This document shows, one piece after another, positions 30,997 to 31,656 of a DNA stretch of 31,656 nucleotides (positions are counted from its first letter, which is position 1; each line of letters starts with the position of its first letter). Both the position numbers and the translations under genes were made by a program. The DNA comes from a virus. The stretch lies in the IMG/VR virus record IMGVR_UViG_3300027892_000003. One strand, given 5' to 3'. Under the pieces are notes generated by a model. It saw only the letters and a program-made list of their open reading frames with translations, was not told the origin of the DNA and did not search any database.

Positions 30997-31025
30997 TTGA
31001 CATGTCTATGCGCATGCGCATAAAT
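30997..31025 (+). promoter_or_regulatory. Rightward early promoter (PR-like) with an operator palindrome
   Basis: TTGACA (30997..31002), 17 nt, ATAAAT (31020..31025). The perfect 16-bp palindrome TATGCGCATGCGCATA (31007..31022) fills the spacer and -10. The cro ATG is at 31033. Confidence 0.65.
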
Positions 31026-31032
31026 ACGCTCC

Positions 31033-31263
31033 ATGTTTCACGCCCGAAAAATCCGCTGCGACATCCTGAAGATAACGCAGGCCCAACTTGCCGGTTGTCT
31101 CGGTGTTGATCAGGCCGCCGTATCTCGTTGGGAGCGGGCGGAAGGTGCTGGCAGGCCCGTCAACATACGCATTCAACTCGCACTTGATGCGCTGGTTATA
31201 AAAGCCACTGGCCGGTCGATTGTTGAGCATCAGGCTGCCTTAATCGAACAGGCTGCCGCATGA
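31033..31263 (+). CDS. cro: Cro-like XRE-family HTH repressor
   Basis: ITQAQLAGCLGVDQAAVSRWER is an HTH segment. 76 aa, divergent from the CI-type repressor gene. Confidence 0.8.
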   Translation: MFHARKIRCDILKITQAQLAGCLGVDQAAVSRWERAEGAGRPVNIRIQLALDALVIKATGRSIVEHQAALIEQAAA

Positions 31264-31299
31264 TCTTGAACCCGCGCGCCTCTGACCCTGCGCGCCGGT

Positions 31300-31345
31300 C
31301 GGGCCGGTTGAGCGACCCCCAAGGCTCCCGGCCCGTTACTTTTTG
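31300..31345 (+). terminator. Terminator-like hairpin downstream of cro
   Basis: CGGGCCGG-tt-GAGC (31300..31313) pairs with GCTC-CCGGCCCG (31324..31335) across a 10-nt loop. TTACTTTTT follows. Confidence 0.6.
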
Positions 31346-31424
31346 CGCCGCCGATCAGGCGGGAGCGTTTCAAGGTGTTTACGTTTTCCACTGGCAATAT
31401 TTAATACACTAACGGATCAAAATC

Positions 31425-31656
31425 ATGTGCGCTTTTAACAGTATTTTGAGCGATACTTTGCAAGCTCAAAGGCGGTTCTTTCGCCTTTGTGACTCTGCCG
31501 GGCTGTCATTTAAGGCGCTGCACTACGACACTGGCATACCAGTGGCAACGCTACAGTCGTGGGCCAAAGAGACGGCTATGCCACTGGCGGCGCTCAACCG
31601 TTTTGCCAAAGCGGGCGTCCCTGATGAGTTGGTTTCTGTCCTGACTGAGCCTGGCG
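31425..31656 (+). CDS. N-terminal part of the junction-spanning CII-like/HTH ORF (continues at base 100 of the window via the 99-bp overlap)
   Basis: From ATG 31425 the frame is open to the window end and in phase with 21..287. Translation starts MCAFNSILSDTLQAQRRFFRLCDSAGLSFKALHYDTGIPVATLQSWAKETAMPLAALNRF... Confidence 0.6.
   Translation, partial: MCAFNSILSDTLQAQRRFFRLCDSAGLSFKALHYDTGIPVATLQSWAKETAMPLAALNRFAKAGVPDELVSVLTEPG
31558..31656. repeat. Terminal direct repeat, copy 2 (identical to 1..99)
   Basis: Exact 99-nt identity with the window start. Confidence 0.97.

Overview
The window is a complete, circularly closed genome of a temperate siphovirus: about 31,557 bp unique plus an exact 99-bp terminal overlap (1..99 = 31558..31656). 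The host is probably a GC-rich alphaproteobacterium. I base that on roughly 62 percent GC by eye, a GcrA-like gene, GTA-like tail and head-spike genes, and an attP that copies the 3-prime half of a tRNA-Val(UAC). Gene order on the + strand: cro, then a CII-like ORF that spans the window junction. Next comes a tightly coupled early/replication operon (GcrA-like HTH, DnaA-domain-IV-like HTH, VRR-NUC nuclease, AAA_25 RepA/DnaB-like helicase-initiator with an iteron/AT-rich origin candidate inside its 3-prime end, and a possible late regulator), ending at a strong terminator. The late operon follows: HNH endonuclease, cos candidate, P27-family TerS, a free-standing HNH/NUMOD homing endonuclease, HK97-type TerL, portal, ClpP-like prohead protease and HK97-fold major capsid protein. 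After the capsid gene sits a head-spike/fibre accessory module, then head-tail connectors, two tandem paralogous major tail proteins, tail chaperones, tape measure, tail-tip proteins and a J-like protein with collagen-like repeats. A three-gene accessory cassette (including an HTH-fused Mre11/SbcD-like metallophosphoesterase) lies before the lysis cassette (endolysin, holin, overlapping i-/o-spanins). On the - strand: attP-adjacent tyrosine integrase, excisionase, a YqaJ exonuclease with an unknown partner, small ORFs, and a LexA/CI-type repressor flanked by matching operators. The findings I rank highest are the tandem tail-tube paralogs, the HTH-phosphoesterase cassette, the capsid-proximal GTA-like head-spike module, the pair of host cell-cycle regulator mimics, the ori embedded in the helicase gene, and the homing endonuclease wedged into terS-terL. 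All functional calls rest on motif recognition by eye. No database search was run.
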